DNA from: an uncultured Spirochaetota bacterium
Lineage (GTDB): Bacteria; Spirochaetota; Spirochaetia; SZUA-6; Fen-1364
Length of the DNA: 64,000 bases
Assembly (NCBI GenBank): GCA_963820525.1
Contig: CAWGAA010000001.1
Span: 64,001-128,000 of the forward strand
Reading direction: 5' to 3'
Position numbers and translations under genes: made by a program. Below, piece after piece: positions 38,925 through 49,164 of this stretch (positions are counted from its first letter, which is position 1; each line of letters starts with the position of its first letter). The notes beneath the pieces were generated by a model. It had not been told where the DNA came from. It saw nothing but the letters and a program-made list of their open reading frames with translations, and searched no databases.

Positions 38925-40044
38925 GCGCGGAGCCCGCGAGACTTTTCAGGCGATCCGCGAGGGATTCCGGCGTGGCGGATGAGAGGGGCTGGTCGTTGAT
39001 GGTCACGTTCGGTGCCTGGGAGCACAATCCCATGCACGGGACGATCTCCAGCGAAAAAAGCCCGTCTGCCGTCGTCTCGCCGGGGCAGAGCTTGAGCACG
39101 CGCGAGATGGTCTCCAGCAGCTCCGCCGACCTTTTCTTTCCGCAGTTCTCGCCCGAGCAGACCTTGATGCGGAAGCGCGCCGGCGGTTCCAGGCGGAACA
39201 CGGGATAGAACGCGATGACCTCCGAGACATGATCTGGCGATACGCCGAGAAAATCGGCGATGTGCTCGATGGCGTCCCGGGGAATATAGCCGAAGCCGGC
39301 TTGAGTCTGCTCGAGGATGGGCACGAGGAGCTCCCGCTTGGGCGGGAAACGGTTGAAGACGTCAATAAGCTCTTGGGGAGGGCTCTTGGCTACGGCGGCG
39401 CCCCGCTCCTTTTCTTCGTGCTTCTGCTTCTTCACGTAATGGGAGAGTATGGCGAGCCCCATTGCGATGTTCTCGTTTCGCACCACCACTTCGGATGGCA
39501 CGGCGAGCTGCGTCGGAGAGAAGTTCCAGATCGCCGTGATGCCCAGGGACACGACCCGGCTCGCCACCTGCTGGGCCGCCTCCTTGGGGACGCAGAGGAT
39601 CGCGATTCCCACGTCGAAGCTGCGTACCACCCGCTGGAGGGATTCCATGGGAAGGATTGTGAAAGCCCCCAGGATGCTCCCCACCTTGGCCGGATCGTTG
39701 TCGAAGACGGCCACCAGGCGCAGGCCGTATTGAGCGAGGCCGGGGTACTGGCTGAGAGCCGAGCCGAGATGGCCCGCGCCGATCAGGATGGCGGTGTTTT
39801 CATAGTTGATGCCGAGGAACTCCTCGATGGCCTTCTTCAGGCCGAGGATCGAGTAGCCCGACTTCGGCTTGCCCTTATAGCCGATGAGAGAGACGTCCTT
39901 GCGCACCTGGGTGTCGTCGATCTGGAAGAATCGCGCCAGCTGCTTCGAGGAGACGTTGGATTCGCCGCGGGCCTGCATCTCGGCGAGGATCTGGTGGTAG
40001 AGGGGGATCCTTCGAAGCGTCTGCTCGGGGATCTGGTGCTCCAT
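38905..40044 (-). CDS. rex: Redox-sensing repressor Rex fused to a NuoE/HydC-like thioredoxin-fold [2Fe-2S] domain
   Basis: IPEQTLRRIPLY, VSS..LA......QVRKD, GY, LIGAGHLG.AL, FDND..KVG, IWNFSP; then LVPILEQ.Q..FGYIP...FYP.F...C-x4-C-x35-C-x3-C..AP. Confidence 0.92.
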   Translation of the reverse strand: MEHQIPEQTLRRIPLYHQILAEMQARGESNVSSKQLARFFQIDDTQVRKDVSLIGYKGKPKSGYSILGLKKAIEEFLGINYENTAILIGAGHLGSALSQYPGLAQYGLRLVAVFDNDPAKVGSILGAFTILPMESLQRVVRSFDVGIAILCVPKEAAQQVASRVVSLGITAIWNFSPTQLAVPSEVVVRNENIAMGLAILSHYVKKQKHEEKERGAAVAKSPPQELIDVFNRFPPKRELLVPILEQTQAGFGYIPRDAIEHIADFLGVSPDHVSEVIAFYPVFRLEPPARFRIKVCSGENCGKKRSAELLETISRVLKLCPGETTADGLFSLEIVPCMGLCSQAPNVTINDQPLSSATPESLADRLKSLAGSALKISGP

Positions 40045-40078
40045 CTCACTGGACTTTTTGGATCGATCCGTTGTGCGC

Positions 40079-41317
40079 TTACTGGCTTCCACGGGATTCC
40101 ATCTCGCGCTGGAGGTCTATCGCCTGCTGCACCATGTCGATGCTCTCCCGTGCGGGTGTGTACTTGGGATCTAACGCCAGTACCTGCTTCCAGTATTCAA
40201 TGGCCTTTTCGTAGTGGCCCTGTGCGTATTCCTTCACGCCGGTCCGGTACAGCTCATCTGCCTGGTCCTGGGTTGCCTTCCTGCCGAAGTCTCCGAGGTC
40301 GAATTGGGCCTGCACGCTGAACTTGTCGACGGGGTTGAGCTCTCCGCTCAAGTCCAGATTGTAGTTGACGACGATGCTCATCGTGCCGAACTCCAGGGTG
40401 GTGCCCAGGGCGAGGCGGGGATTGTCCGCCTTGAGCAATATCCCGCTCTGGATGGAGAGGAAACTGGTGACATTGACGTTGGTGCCCACGGCCACATTCC
40501 ACTTCTCGGCGGGAGCGTTCACGGGATCGAAGCTGAAGGGATAGTTGAAGTCGCAGGCAAGCGTCCAGGGGCGCAGGGGGGAATAGGCGAGTCCCGCCGT
40601 GGCCATGAGGGGAAGCTGCTCTCCGGCCAGGCTGGACAGCCCGAGGTTCTTCAGCGTGGCTCCGAGACGGAAGTTGCCATCCAGGGAATGGTAGAACTTC
40701 AGAAAGGGGATGTTGAAGCTGGTCATGAGCCCCAGGTCGGTCATGAACGCCAGAGAGGACTGGTTGGCGGAGAAGACGGCGGGGATGCTCCGGTAGGCCA
40801 CCTTGAGATTTGTCCCCGCGGCCAGCCCGAAGAAATAATAGCTATGGAAGAAGTTATAGGAGATGTTCATGGTGGCGATCGATTCGGTTATATAGCCCTT
40901 CGCTCCCCGTTCGCCCCAGTCGTTGTACGCCGTGAAGGGAACATAGAGGAACTTGCCGCCGAATCCTATGCCCAGGTCATTGAAGCGGACCGTGTAGACG
41001 ACGCCTTCGAGGTTCGAGTCCGCGATCCAGTTGTGGTGGTAGAAAGCGAGCTCGGTCTGGCTCAGCAGAGAGCTGGCCGAGGGGTTGCTCTCGATGAACC
41101 CGCTGTCCAGCGCCATGGCCGTGTACGCGGTTCCCATCCCTTCGTACCTGCCGCCCATGGGGATGAGAAGGGTGGGGAAGATCGTCAGCCCGGTGTTTGG
41201 ATCGGCGAACTGGGAAAAGGCGCCCGACCAGCCCGAATACAGGTCATTATTGTCGGCCCAGACGGGGCCGCAGCCGATGAGAAGACAGAGCGCGATAAGA
41301 AACGCCTTGCCCTTCAT
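40079..41317 (-). CDS. UPF0164 family putative outer-membrane beta-barrel (FadL/PorV-like) with C-terminal TPR
   Basis: Signal peptide, DPNTG.T.FPTL.IP.GGR.EGMG.AYTA...D.....NP, alternating beta strands, TPR YRTGVKEYAQG.YEKAI.YW..VL.LDP. Confidence 0.85.
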   Translation of the reverse strand: MKGKAFLIALCLLIGCGPVWADNNDLYSGWSGAFSQFADPNTGLTIFPTLLIPMGGRYEGMGTAYTAMALDSGFIESNPSASSLLSQTELAFYHHNWIADSNLEGVVYTVRFNDLGIGFGGKFLYVPFTAYNDWGERGAKGYITESIATMNISYNFFHSYYFFGLAAGTNLKVAYRSIPAVFSANQSSLAFMTDLGLMTSFNIPFLKFYHSLDGNFRLGATLKNLGLSSLAGEQLPLMATAGLAYSPLRPWTLACDFNYPFSFDPVNAPAEKWNVAVGTNVNVTSFLSIQSGILLKADNPRLALGTTLEFGTMSIVVNYNLDLSGELNPVDKFSVQAQFDLGDFGRKATQDQADELYRTGVKEYAQGHYEKAIEYWKQVLALDPKYTPARESIDMVQQAIDLQREMESRGSQ

Positions 41318-41427
41318 ACTACGCATATTATACAACCTTTTATCGGTTTATTCCATGGTATGCGCCGGGGCGCCGGTGACCAAACTCCACTTTTCGTCGA
41401 TAATAGAAGATGTGGGAGCACGCGACC

Positions 41428-44400
41428 ATGCGGCCGCTTAAGGGGGCCATAACCGCGCTCGTACTCTGTCTCGGCCTCATCGGGGCGGCGCCCTCCTTCG
41501 CTTCTGGAGCGCAGGAGAACCGGCTGGGAGAAGCCCGCCGCCTGATCCAGGAGAAGAGCTACGACGAGGCCCTGCTGCTCCTCGCCAATATCGAGGCGGC
41601 AAATCCCGATCTGCGGGACGAGACCCGTGCCCTCATTTTCCAGATCATGGACATACGGCGGCGGTACAACGCGGAGTACGAGAAGCTGATCGATGTGTTG
41701 AACCAGATGGACCTGGAAAAGGGCCTGGCGATCATCAATGAGCTGGAGGCTCTCGATCCCCATCCCAACCCCGCCATGATGAGCTCCATCGAACAGGCAA
41801 AGAGGGGCGCCGAAAACGTGTTCAATGCGATCCATTTCCGCGACATCATGGACTCGGCGTACAAGCTGATCGCGCAGAAGAAATACGCGGAAGCGCTCGC
41901 CGCCTACCTCCAGCCTATAGAGAACTTCAACACCATCGGCTTCAATCTGCACCGCGACACCTTCCTCGCGGCGGGCTATGGAGACATCACCGTGAAGAAC
42001 GTGCTCAATACGGTGGGAAGGATCTCCGAGCTTGCCCAGGGCGCCCGCGCGGCGGCGCAGGACGTCGTTTCGGCGGCCGCGGCCGCGGAGGCCCTGGCCG
42101 GGTCGAAGAGCGTCAGCGGGGACGAGGTGCCGCGATTCGAGGGCTCCCTCGCGGTGCTCCAGAACATGGTGGACCGGGAAGCGGGACTTCGAAGCGCGGT
42201 TTCCGCCCTGGACACGGCAGGAACGGCGATCCAGCAGAAATCCGCCGACAACCGCGGGGACCTCTACATCCAGTACATGATGCGGCTGAACGAAGGGCGC
42301 AAGGACAGGGAAGAGGGCATCGTGTACGCCGTTCACGCCATCTGGTACGATGCCGCGCAGAGCCTGGCCCGCGCAACGGCCGCGGATCTCTCCGCCGCAT
42401 TCGAAGGAGCCGCGAAGCTCCTGGACGGGGGCCAGTACGCCTTGGCCGTGACCGCCCTGGACGACATCCCCAACCGCAGCCTCCTGGCCGTGAAAGCGGC
42501 CTCGCTTCAGTCCGCCGCGCTTCGGCCGCAGGCGGGATGGCGGTTCACCCTCCAGGATGGAGCGACGCTCAAGGAGCTTGCCGGCGAGGCGGCTTCATTC
42601 CAGATGATGGCCGCTGAAAGCAGGGCGATGCAGATCCTCGCCCGGTATCGCATCGAGCTCGCGACGATTCCTCCCGCCGACGGCCTTTCCTACCGTCAGC
42701 TCCTCGATTTCCGCGCCGTCCTGAAGGCCCGATTCGAGGCCGCGGACTCTCTGCGCAGGGAGTGGCAGGCAGCCGGACAGAGCTATGGGCAGCAGGCCAG
42801 GTTCATCCTCTCTCTGGGCAGGCTCGTGAGCTCCGCACAGGACATGGCTGACCGATTCGCCTCATTTCTGAAAGACCTCCAGGGATTGGATCTGGGCTAT
42901 GCAGTGCGGATTGCACAACAGGACTCGGCAGGCTACCCCGCCAGGCTGGCCATGGCGAAAAACCTCCGCGTCCAGGCCTCGGATGACATGGAAGGCACGA
43001 AGAACGGCCTGCCCACGGGAGCGGAGATCATTTACAAGTATCCCTCCAAGGCCCTTCAGGTGCTTGACGCCGCGGACGGGTATCTGCGGCAGCTCACCGG
43101 GGACATTGACCAGTACCAGACGAGCTGGAAATCGGAGCAGCCGTATGTTTCGACGAGCCCCCGCGTCACCTCCCTCCTGGCGGCTGCGGCGGAGGTTTCC
43201 AAGCAGGCGGGGCAGGAGCGTGAGCTCGTCGCCGCCCTCGCCCGCAAGGCCCAGGACCAGCACACGAGGGCTCTGGAACAGAAGAAGCTCGGAGACCAGT
43301 CCTTCGCGAATGCCGTCTCCCTGAGCAAGACCGACCCGGAAAGAGCCGTGGATCTCCTCACCAAGGCGATAGACGCGTACGGCACATCGCTTCAGTTCGA
43401 GGAGGACGAGGCGATCAGAAAGCGCATCGAGACGAACGGAGAGATCGCCCGGCTGCAGACCCAGATCTCTCTCTCCCTCAACACCCGAATCGTCACCGAT
43501 GTGGAGCAGCTCATCACGGATGGGATCAAGCTTATCAGCTCCGGCGATTACCTGCGCGCGAACCAGAAGTTCACCCAGGCCGACGAGAGATGGAAGGAGA
43601 AACACCCGGGGGAAATGTACTCCAGCGTCTTAAGCTATTACCTCGACCTTTCCCGCTCGGCCCTCACCGTGAGCGGGAGCCGGGAAATCCTGCCTACGGA
43701 CCCGAGTTATGACGTGGTGAGCTCCTACATCAACCTGGCAAACCAGAGCTATTTGAGCGCCGCAGCCCTTCTGGCGGCGGGGCGGAAGGCGGACGCCGGC
43801 CAGGCGCTTGCCAATGCGAAACGCAATGTGGACGCGGTACTTTCCCTGTTCCCCAACTATCGCGTGGCGCGAATCCTTGCGCTGAAGATCCTCAATCGGA
43901 GCGACGAGAAAGCGTTCCCCGTTCAGCTTCAGGCCCAAATCGCGCAGTATACCCAGGAGATGAAGTCGGGAAAGATCAGTAAGCGCGAAGCATACCTCGG
44001 CTTGAAAGACATCCAGGAGTTCCGCCCCGACGACAGGGCGCTGGCAGCCACCCTCTCCCAGCTCGAGATCGATATCGGCCTCAGGGCCAAACCCATTTCC
44101 CCGGAGCAGATCCGGGAGTCCAACCAGGCCTATCAGCAGGCCGTGGACATGTACAGGGCCAACCAGCCGGAAACCTACCAGCCCGCCCTTCAGCTCCTTG
44201 ACAAGGCGCTGGATGCCAATCCCAATAACGAAAACGCGAGGAAGCAGCGCACGGCGATCCTCCTGCGCTCGGGCAGCCCCGTCCAGGGAGCCATTTCCAG
44301 CACGGCCCTGGCCGAATACCTGAAGGCAAAGGAGCTGCTCAACTCGGGATCCGTCGCCGAAGCGAAGGTCATCGTGGACCGCCTCAGGCAGGACCCGCGA

Positions 44401-44463
44401 AACGCGAACTATCCGCCCCTCGTGGACCTCGTGATAAAGATCAACAGGGCGCTGGGGATATGA
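41428..44463 (+). CDS. Large secreted alpha-helical/TPR-like protein (TP0855-like)
   Basis: Signal peptide, about 1010 aa of helical repeats with TPR-like units; SD GGGAG; ATGA-coupled to the next gene. Confidence 0.8.
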   Translation: MRPLKGAITALVLCLGLIGAAPSFASGAQENRLGEARRLIQEKSYDEALLLLANIEAANPDLRDETRALIFQIMDIRRRYNAEYEKLIDVLNQMDLEKGLAIINELEALDPHPNPAMMSSIEQAKRGAENVFNAIHFRDIMDSAYKLIAQKKYAEALAAYLQPIENFNTIGFNLHRDTFLAAGYGDITVKNVLNTVGRISELAQGARAAAQDVVSAAAAAEALAGSKSVSGDEVPRFEGSLAVLQNMVDREAGLRSAVSALDTAGTAIQQKSADNRGDLYIQYMMRLNEGRKDREEGIVYAVHAIWYDAAQSLARATAADLSAAFEGAAKLLDGGQYALAVTALDDIPNRSLLAVKAASLQSAALRPQAGWRFTLQDGATLKELAGEAASFQMMAAESRAMQILARYRIELATIPPADGLSYRQLLDFRAVLKARFEAADSLRREWQAAGQSYGQQARFILSLGRLVSSAQDMADRFASFLKDLQGLDLGYAVRIAQQDSAGYPARLAMAKNLRVQASDDMEGTKNGLPTGAEIIYKYPSKALQVLDAADGYLRQLTGDIDQYQTSWKSEQPYVSTSPRVTSLLAAAAEVSKQAGQERELVAALARKAQDQHTRALEQKKLGDQSFANAVSLSKTDPERAVDLLTKAIDAYGTSLQFEEDEAIRKRIETNGEIARLQTQISLSLNTRIVTDVEQLITDGIKLISSGDYLRANQKFTQADERWKEKHPGEMYSSVLSYYLDLSRSALTVSGSREILPTDPSYDVVSSYINLANQSYLSAAALLAAGRKADAGQALANAKRNVDAVLSLFPNYRVARILALKILNRSDEKAFPVQLQAQIAQYTQEMKSGKISKREAYLGLKDIQEFRPDDRALAATLSQLEIDIGLRAKPISPEQIRESNQAYQQAVDMYRANQPETYQPALQLLDKALDANPNNENARKQRTAILLRSGSPVQGAISSTALAEYLKAKELLNSGSVAEAKVIVDRLRQDPRNANYPPLVDLVIKINRALGI

Positions 44464-47400
44464 TGGGGAGAAATACGGGACGATTCCTTCTGCTGATGCT
44501 CATCACCGCCGCCGGCGCGGCGTACACCCAGGAGCTCTATTGGGAGAACCCGGAGGTGATCATGGCCCAGGGAGTGCGCTTCTCCCAGTCGGCAACGGGG
44601 GGAGGGCTGATCGTGGTGAGCTGGCAGGAGCTCGTCACCCGGGCCAATGGCCAGGGTGACATCTTCCTGTCGCTGGCAGTTTCCAGCGACGGCCAGAACT
44701 GGACCAGGCACGAACGGTTCTACGGCCCGGTTCCCTACAGCGAGCCGGATCCCACTCTCCACCCGCCGGTCTACTCCATGATCGTGGATTCCAAAAGACG
44801 GATCTCCATGGCGGTGGCGGTCGCGGAGAGGGTCACGGCGATCATTGTCTCCGATGACGACGGAAAGAGCTTCCGCGAGGTGGCGCGGCTGGAGTCCCAG
44901 TTTCCCACTGTCACTCCCGGCATCTTCGCCTCCGCGCGAGGCGGATACCTGCTCTTCGTCACCCAATCCCGGGCAAACCCGCAGGGGGCGGGGACCGCCG
45001 GAGAATACCTCTCCATCTACTCCAGCGTCTCGCGCGACGGGGAGAGCTGGTCCGCCTTCTCCCCCTTCATCTCGGAAGAGGAGCTTCGATACAACTTCTC
45101 CCCCCAGCATTCCGCCTTCCATGGAAAGGACTTCGTCGTCTTTCAGTCCCGAAGCGAAAAGGACACCTTCCAGCTCTACCTGAAGGTCAGCTCCGACGGG
45201 GGCAGGACCTGGGGAGCTGCCCGGACGGTCACGCGCCTGCCCGTCTTTGCCGAGCCGCAGGCGGGAAAAGCGCGGGATGCGGTGGAGTACACCAATCAGA
45301 GGCCGAGCCTGTATCCCGTGGGAGCCAGCCTGGGCCTGGTGTGGGAGCGAAACCTCCCGGGCTCCCGCGCCCAGCTCTACTACTGCGAGCTTGCAGACTC
45401 GGGCGACATCGCCCTTCCCCCGCAGAAGGTCGCCTCGACACCGGAGAGCATATACGGTCAGATACTGACCTACCGGGGCGCGCTGTACGTGCTGTACTCG
45501 GACGTCTCCCTGGCCGCTTCGCGCATCACCCTCGCGCACAAGGGGGCCATCTGGGACACGCAGCTGTTGAGCAGGGGCGTCACCGGCGCCTCCAGCAATC
45601 CCCATGCCGTGACGTTCGGCGACAAGATGCTGGTGTTCTGGGAAACCATCGGCGCTACCGGTTCCTCCCTCCTGGAGGTCCGCCCTGTCACCCATGTGGA
45701 TCCGCCGAAGCTCATTGCCGTGGACTTCGTCCCGGGAAAGAGGCTGAACCGCTCCGCCGTCTCGGTGAGGTGGGACGATCCCCCCGATCCCGCCGGCATC
45801 AAGACATACCACTATACATGGAGCGTCGACGGCGTGCCGAAGGTGCAGCAGGATGTGGCGCTGTCCAGACCGTTGGTGGCGCTGCCTTCCGCGATCGACG
45901 GCGCATGGGAGCTTTCGGTCACCGCGGAGGATTTCGCGGGAAACGTCTCACCAATGGCCAAAATCGGGTACGTGCGGGATACAACCCCGCCGGAGCCCGT
46001 TGCCATCGACCCTCCGGCCACCGATGCGAACGGGTTTCTCGCATCCAATACCTTCTCCCTTTCCTGGCGGCCTCCGGCAAAAGAGGAAATCACGGGCTAC
46101 CGCTACGGGATATCCTTCATCGGGGAGATCCCCCGGGAGGCGGCCGGAGAGCTGCCGTCCGCGCCCTCTGTCGTCCAGGGAAAGGAAACGGCGGCCCCCA
46201 CGGCGTCTTTCGACGATATCGACGACGGGGCCTGGGCCTTTTCAGTCTCCGCCGTGGACTCCGCGGGAAACATCGGCAAGCCCGCCACGGTCTTGCTCAA
46301 GCTGGACAAATTCGTTCCCTACACCGCTGTATACACGGTGGCAAAAAAGACCGACGAGTTCGGCAATGTCACCCTCTCCATCAGCGGGAGAGGCTTCGAC
46401 ACCGGGGGGACGGTCGAAAAGATCTTCCTCAGCGAGGACGGCAAGCCGCCCTACGAATACGAGTTCCTCCGCTCGCGCGGCGACTTCACCGTGATGAGCG
46501 ACAGGCTGATCACGGGGCCGCGGCTGACCTCCGAGACGAAGTCGGGCAACTACGTCCTGGCGCTTTTCCATCCCGTGCGGTTGACCACGGTCTGGAAGGG
46601 CGGCCTCATCAGCTTCGAGGCCCCCGGCACCATCAAGATCGGGAACTTCAGCATCCGCTACCTGCCGGGCTGGGTGGCGGACAGGGTGCCTCTCTACACG
46701 ATCCCCGCCAGCCAGGTGGTGGTGGTGGTCGTCGTTCTGTTCATCGCCGTGCTTATCGTGCTGTCCGCCCGCAAAATGGTCGTGCTCCTGGGCGAGGGGG
46801 CGATGCTGCGCGAAGAGGTCACGGCTCTCATCGAAGGAAGGCCCTCCTCCAGGTGGGAGGAAAGGAACCGGAAAATGCATGAATTGCAGAGACGGGGAGC
46901 GGGTCTGCGCCTCAAGTACACCCTCCTCATGATCGTGCTCGTCATCCTCATCGTCCTCATCGTGTCGGTGCCTCTGAGCTTCCAGATGATCGGGCAGCAG
47001 AGGACCACCCTCGCCAACGGCCTCCGGCAGCGTTCCGAGATCCTCGTCGGGAGCCTCGCCTCCAGCGCGGAGAACCTCCTGCGTCTGGCAACGCCAGCCT
47101 ACGAGGACATGCGCCTGGTTCCGAACAACACGAGGGCCATGGCGGATGCGCTCTGGGCAACGGTCACCGGCCCGGGAGATACTGACAAGGCATTCAAGGA
47201 CTACGTGTGGGCTACAAACGACCCCCAGTGGATCAAGACCCATCCCGGCTACAACCCCGCAACGGAGAAGGCTTCCGACGACATCGGCGGCATCATCCCT
47301 GCGATCGTGGAGAGCCTCGAGGCGGACGGCCGACGCCAGATCGAGCCCCTTATCAAGGCAAACGACGCGTTCCTCCTTCGCTATAACGATCTTTCACAGA

Positions 47401-49124
47401 AGACGGACAAGAAATCCGCGGAAGATGCGCTGGCCGCCTTGAACGTGTACACCAGGGGACAGAGGGAGATCGACACCCAGTTTAAAACGAACGAGTCCTT
47501 CGCATGGGTTCACTCGAGCCCCGATTTCAGGACGGAGTCCCTCCCGCCCACCTTCGTCTTCTACAAGCCCATCGTGTACTTCAGCCGGGCCAAGGACGCC
47601 CAGGGCAAGTTCCTCAAGGACGATACGGGCAGCTATATCTACTCCTACTTCCAGGGAATGGTGCGCCTGGCGGTTTCCACCAAGCTCATCAACCTCCAGA
47701 TCCTGGAGGCACGCAACACCCTCATCCGGATCACGGGATTGATCTCGCTGCTCGCCATTGCCCTGGGAGTGCTCGGCGCGATCCTCCTGGCGAGCATCAC
47801 GGTCACTCCGATAAAGAAGCTGGCCGCAGGAGTGGCGATCATCAGGGACACGGAGGACAAGGAGGAGCTGAAGAGCCACACCATCGAGGTGCGCACGAGA
47901 GACGAGATCGGCATGCTCGCCGACACGGTGAACGACATGACCAAGGGTCTCGTGAAAGCGGCCATCGCGAACAAGGAGCTGATGGTGGGCAAGGACGTCC
48001 AGAAGATGTTCCTTCCCCTGGAGAAGGACAGCACGACGGGAGGCGAGGAGACGGCGCTCCTGGAAATCTATGGGTATTACGAGGGGCAAAAGGGGGTTTC
48101 AGGGGATTATTTCGACTTTAAGAAGCTCGACGATACACACTACGCCATCATCAAGTGCGACGTAGCAGGGCATGGAGTCCCGGCAGCCCTCATCATGGTG
48201 GAGGTCGCCACGCTGTTCATAAGCTATTTCCGCGACTGGGTGAAGAGGAAGGACGCCCTCGCCCACGTGAAGGATCCCACCGAACGCCTGAGGCTGCAAA
48301 AGGAGTTGGAGAGGGTCGACACACTGGTGTACACGATCAACGATATGATCGAGGAGCGGGGCTTCAAAGGGCGGTTCGCCGCGCTTACGATCTGCCTTTT
48401 CAACGCCGAGACGGGCGCCGCCACTGTCTGCAATGCGGGTGACCGCCTCATGCACATTTACGACGCCGACCAGCGCAAGATGGTCAATATAGAGCTCCCC
48501 GACGCTCCCGCCGCCGGTGTCTTCCCCTCGATGCTGTTCGATATGAAAAGAGGTTTCCGGCAGATCACCCAGAAGCTCGATCCTGGGGACGTGATTTTCC
48601 TGTACACCGACGGTTTCGATGAGGCAAAGCGCTTTTTCAGAAACGAAAGCTACGAGATCGTGAGCTGCGACGAGCCGGGCTTGAAGGAGGGAGAAATTCA
48701 CCTTGGGACGCACTCCAAGGGACAGAACAGTGAGGAGTTCGGCAGTCCACGAATGGAAAGCGTGATCGATGCAGTTTTCAACAGCGGCCGCTACAGCCTC
48801 GTCAGGCATCATTCGCCTACGCCGAGCGAAGAGCTCGTCTTCGACTTCTCAACCTGCCAGGGCACGGTGAAAGAGGCCGTGCTGGCTCTGGTGGCCGTGG
48901 AAAGGGTCTTCCGCGCGTATCGAGATCCCGCGGCCGATGCCAACAGCAGGATAATCGTCGATTCGAATGTGGATGCTTTCCTCAAGGACCACTTCCTCCA
49001 GTATTCCGCGTACTTTACCCACCGTCTGGATGGACAGGGGGTTGGAAGCGCGATCACGTTCACTCACCTGCACGAGGACGAGCAGTCCGACGATCTCACG
49101 ATGCTGGTGCTCAGGAAGAAGTGA
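44460..49124 (+). CDS. Membrane sensor phosphatase: BNR/sialidase-like propeller, FN3-like domains, TMs, HAMP, SpoIIE/PP2C (TP0854-like)
   Basis: Asp-box motifs SSDGQNW, SDDDGKSF, SRDGESW, SSDGGRTW; D.AGN Ig/FN3 ends; HAMP PIKKLA...DEIGMLA..VNDM; PP2C SGDYFD, DVAGHG, YTDG, DDLT. Confidence 0.9.
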   Translation: MMGRNTGRFLLLMLITAAGAAYTQELYWENPEVIMAQGVRFSQSATGGGLIVVSWQELVTRANGQGDIFLSLAVSSDGQNWTRHERFYGPVPYSEPDPTLHPPVYSMIVDSKRRISMAVAVAERVTAIIVSDDDGKSFREVARLESQFPTVTPGIFASARGGYLLFVTQSRANPQGAGTAGEYLSIYSSVSRDGESWSAFSPFISEEELRYNFSPQHSAFHGKDFVVFQSRSEKDTFQLYLKVSSDGGRTWGAARTVTRLPVFAEPQAGKARDAVEYTNQRPSLYPVGASLGLVWERNLPGSRAQLYYCELADSGDIALPPQKVASTPESIYGQILTYRGALYVLYSDVSLAASRITLAHKGAIWDTQLLSRGVTGASSNPHAVTFGDKMLVFWETIGATGSSLLEVRPVTHVDPPKLIAVDFVPGKRLNRSAVSVRWDDPPDPAGIKTYHYTWSVDGVPKVQQDVALSRPLVALPSAIDGAWELSVTAEDFAGNVSPMAKIGYVRDTTPPEPVAIDPPATDANGFLASNTFSLSWRPPAKEEITGYRYGISFIGEIPREAAGELPSAPSVVQGKETAAPTASFDDIDDGAWAFSVSAVDSAGNIGKPATVLLKLDKFVPYTAVYTVAKKTDEFGNVTLSISGRGFDTGGTVEKIFLSEDGKPPYEYEFLRSRGDFTVMSDRLITGPRLTSETKSGNYVLALFHPVRLTTVWKGGLISFEAPGTIKIGNFSIRYLPGWVADRVPLYTIPASQVVVVVVVLFIAVLIVLSARKMVVLLGEGAMLREEVTALIEGRPSSRWEERNRKMHELQRRGAGLRLKYTLLMIVLVILIVLIVSVPLSFQMIGQQRTTLANGLRQRSEILVGSLASSAENLLRLATPAYEDMRLVPNNTRAMADALWATVTGPGDTDKAFKDYVWATNDPQWIKTHPGYNPATEKASDDIGGIIPAIVESLEADGRRQIEPLIKANDAFLLRYNDLSQKTDKKSAEDALAALNVYTRGQREIDTQFKTNESFAWVHSSPDFRTESLPPTFVFYKPIVYFSRAKDAQGKFLKDDTGSYIYSYFQGMVRLAVSTKLINLQILEARNTLIRITGLISLLAIALGVLGAILLASITVTPIKKLAAGVAIIRDTEDKEELKSHTIEVRTRDEIGMLADTVNDMTKGLVKAAIANKELMVGKDVQKMFLPLEKDSTTGGEETALLEIYGYYEGQKGVSGDYFDFKKLDDTHYAIIKCDVAGHGVPAALIMVEVATLFISYFRDWVKRKDALAHVKDPTERLRLQKELERVDTLVYTINDMIEERGFKGRFAALTICLFNAETGAATVCNAGDRLMHIYDADQRKMVNIELPDAPAAGVFPSMLFDMKRGFRQITQKLDPGDVIFLYTDGFDEAKRFFRNESYEIVSCDEPGLKEGEIHLGTHSKGQNSEEFGSPRMESVIDAVFNSGRYSLVRHHSPTPSEELVFDFSTCQGTVKEAVLALVAVERVFRAYRDPAADANSRIIVDSNVDAFLKDHFLQYSAYFTHRLDGQGVGSAITFTHLHEDEQSDDLTMLVLRKK

Positions 49125-49164
49125 GGCCGTGGGAATTATATGCCGAGGTGTCGATATACGAAGT

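Noticed and set aside
40045..40078. Rex operator upstream of rex
   Set aside because: No TTGTGAA-N4-TTCACAA-like palindrome found here, nor noticed elsewhere in the window.
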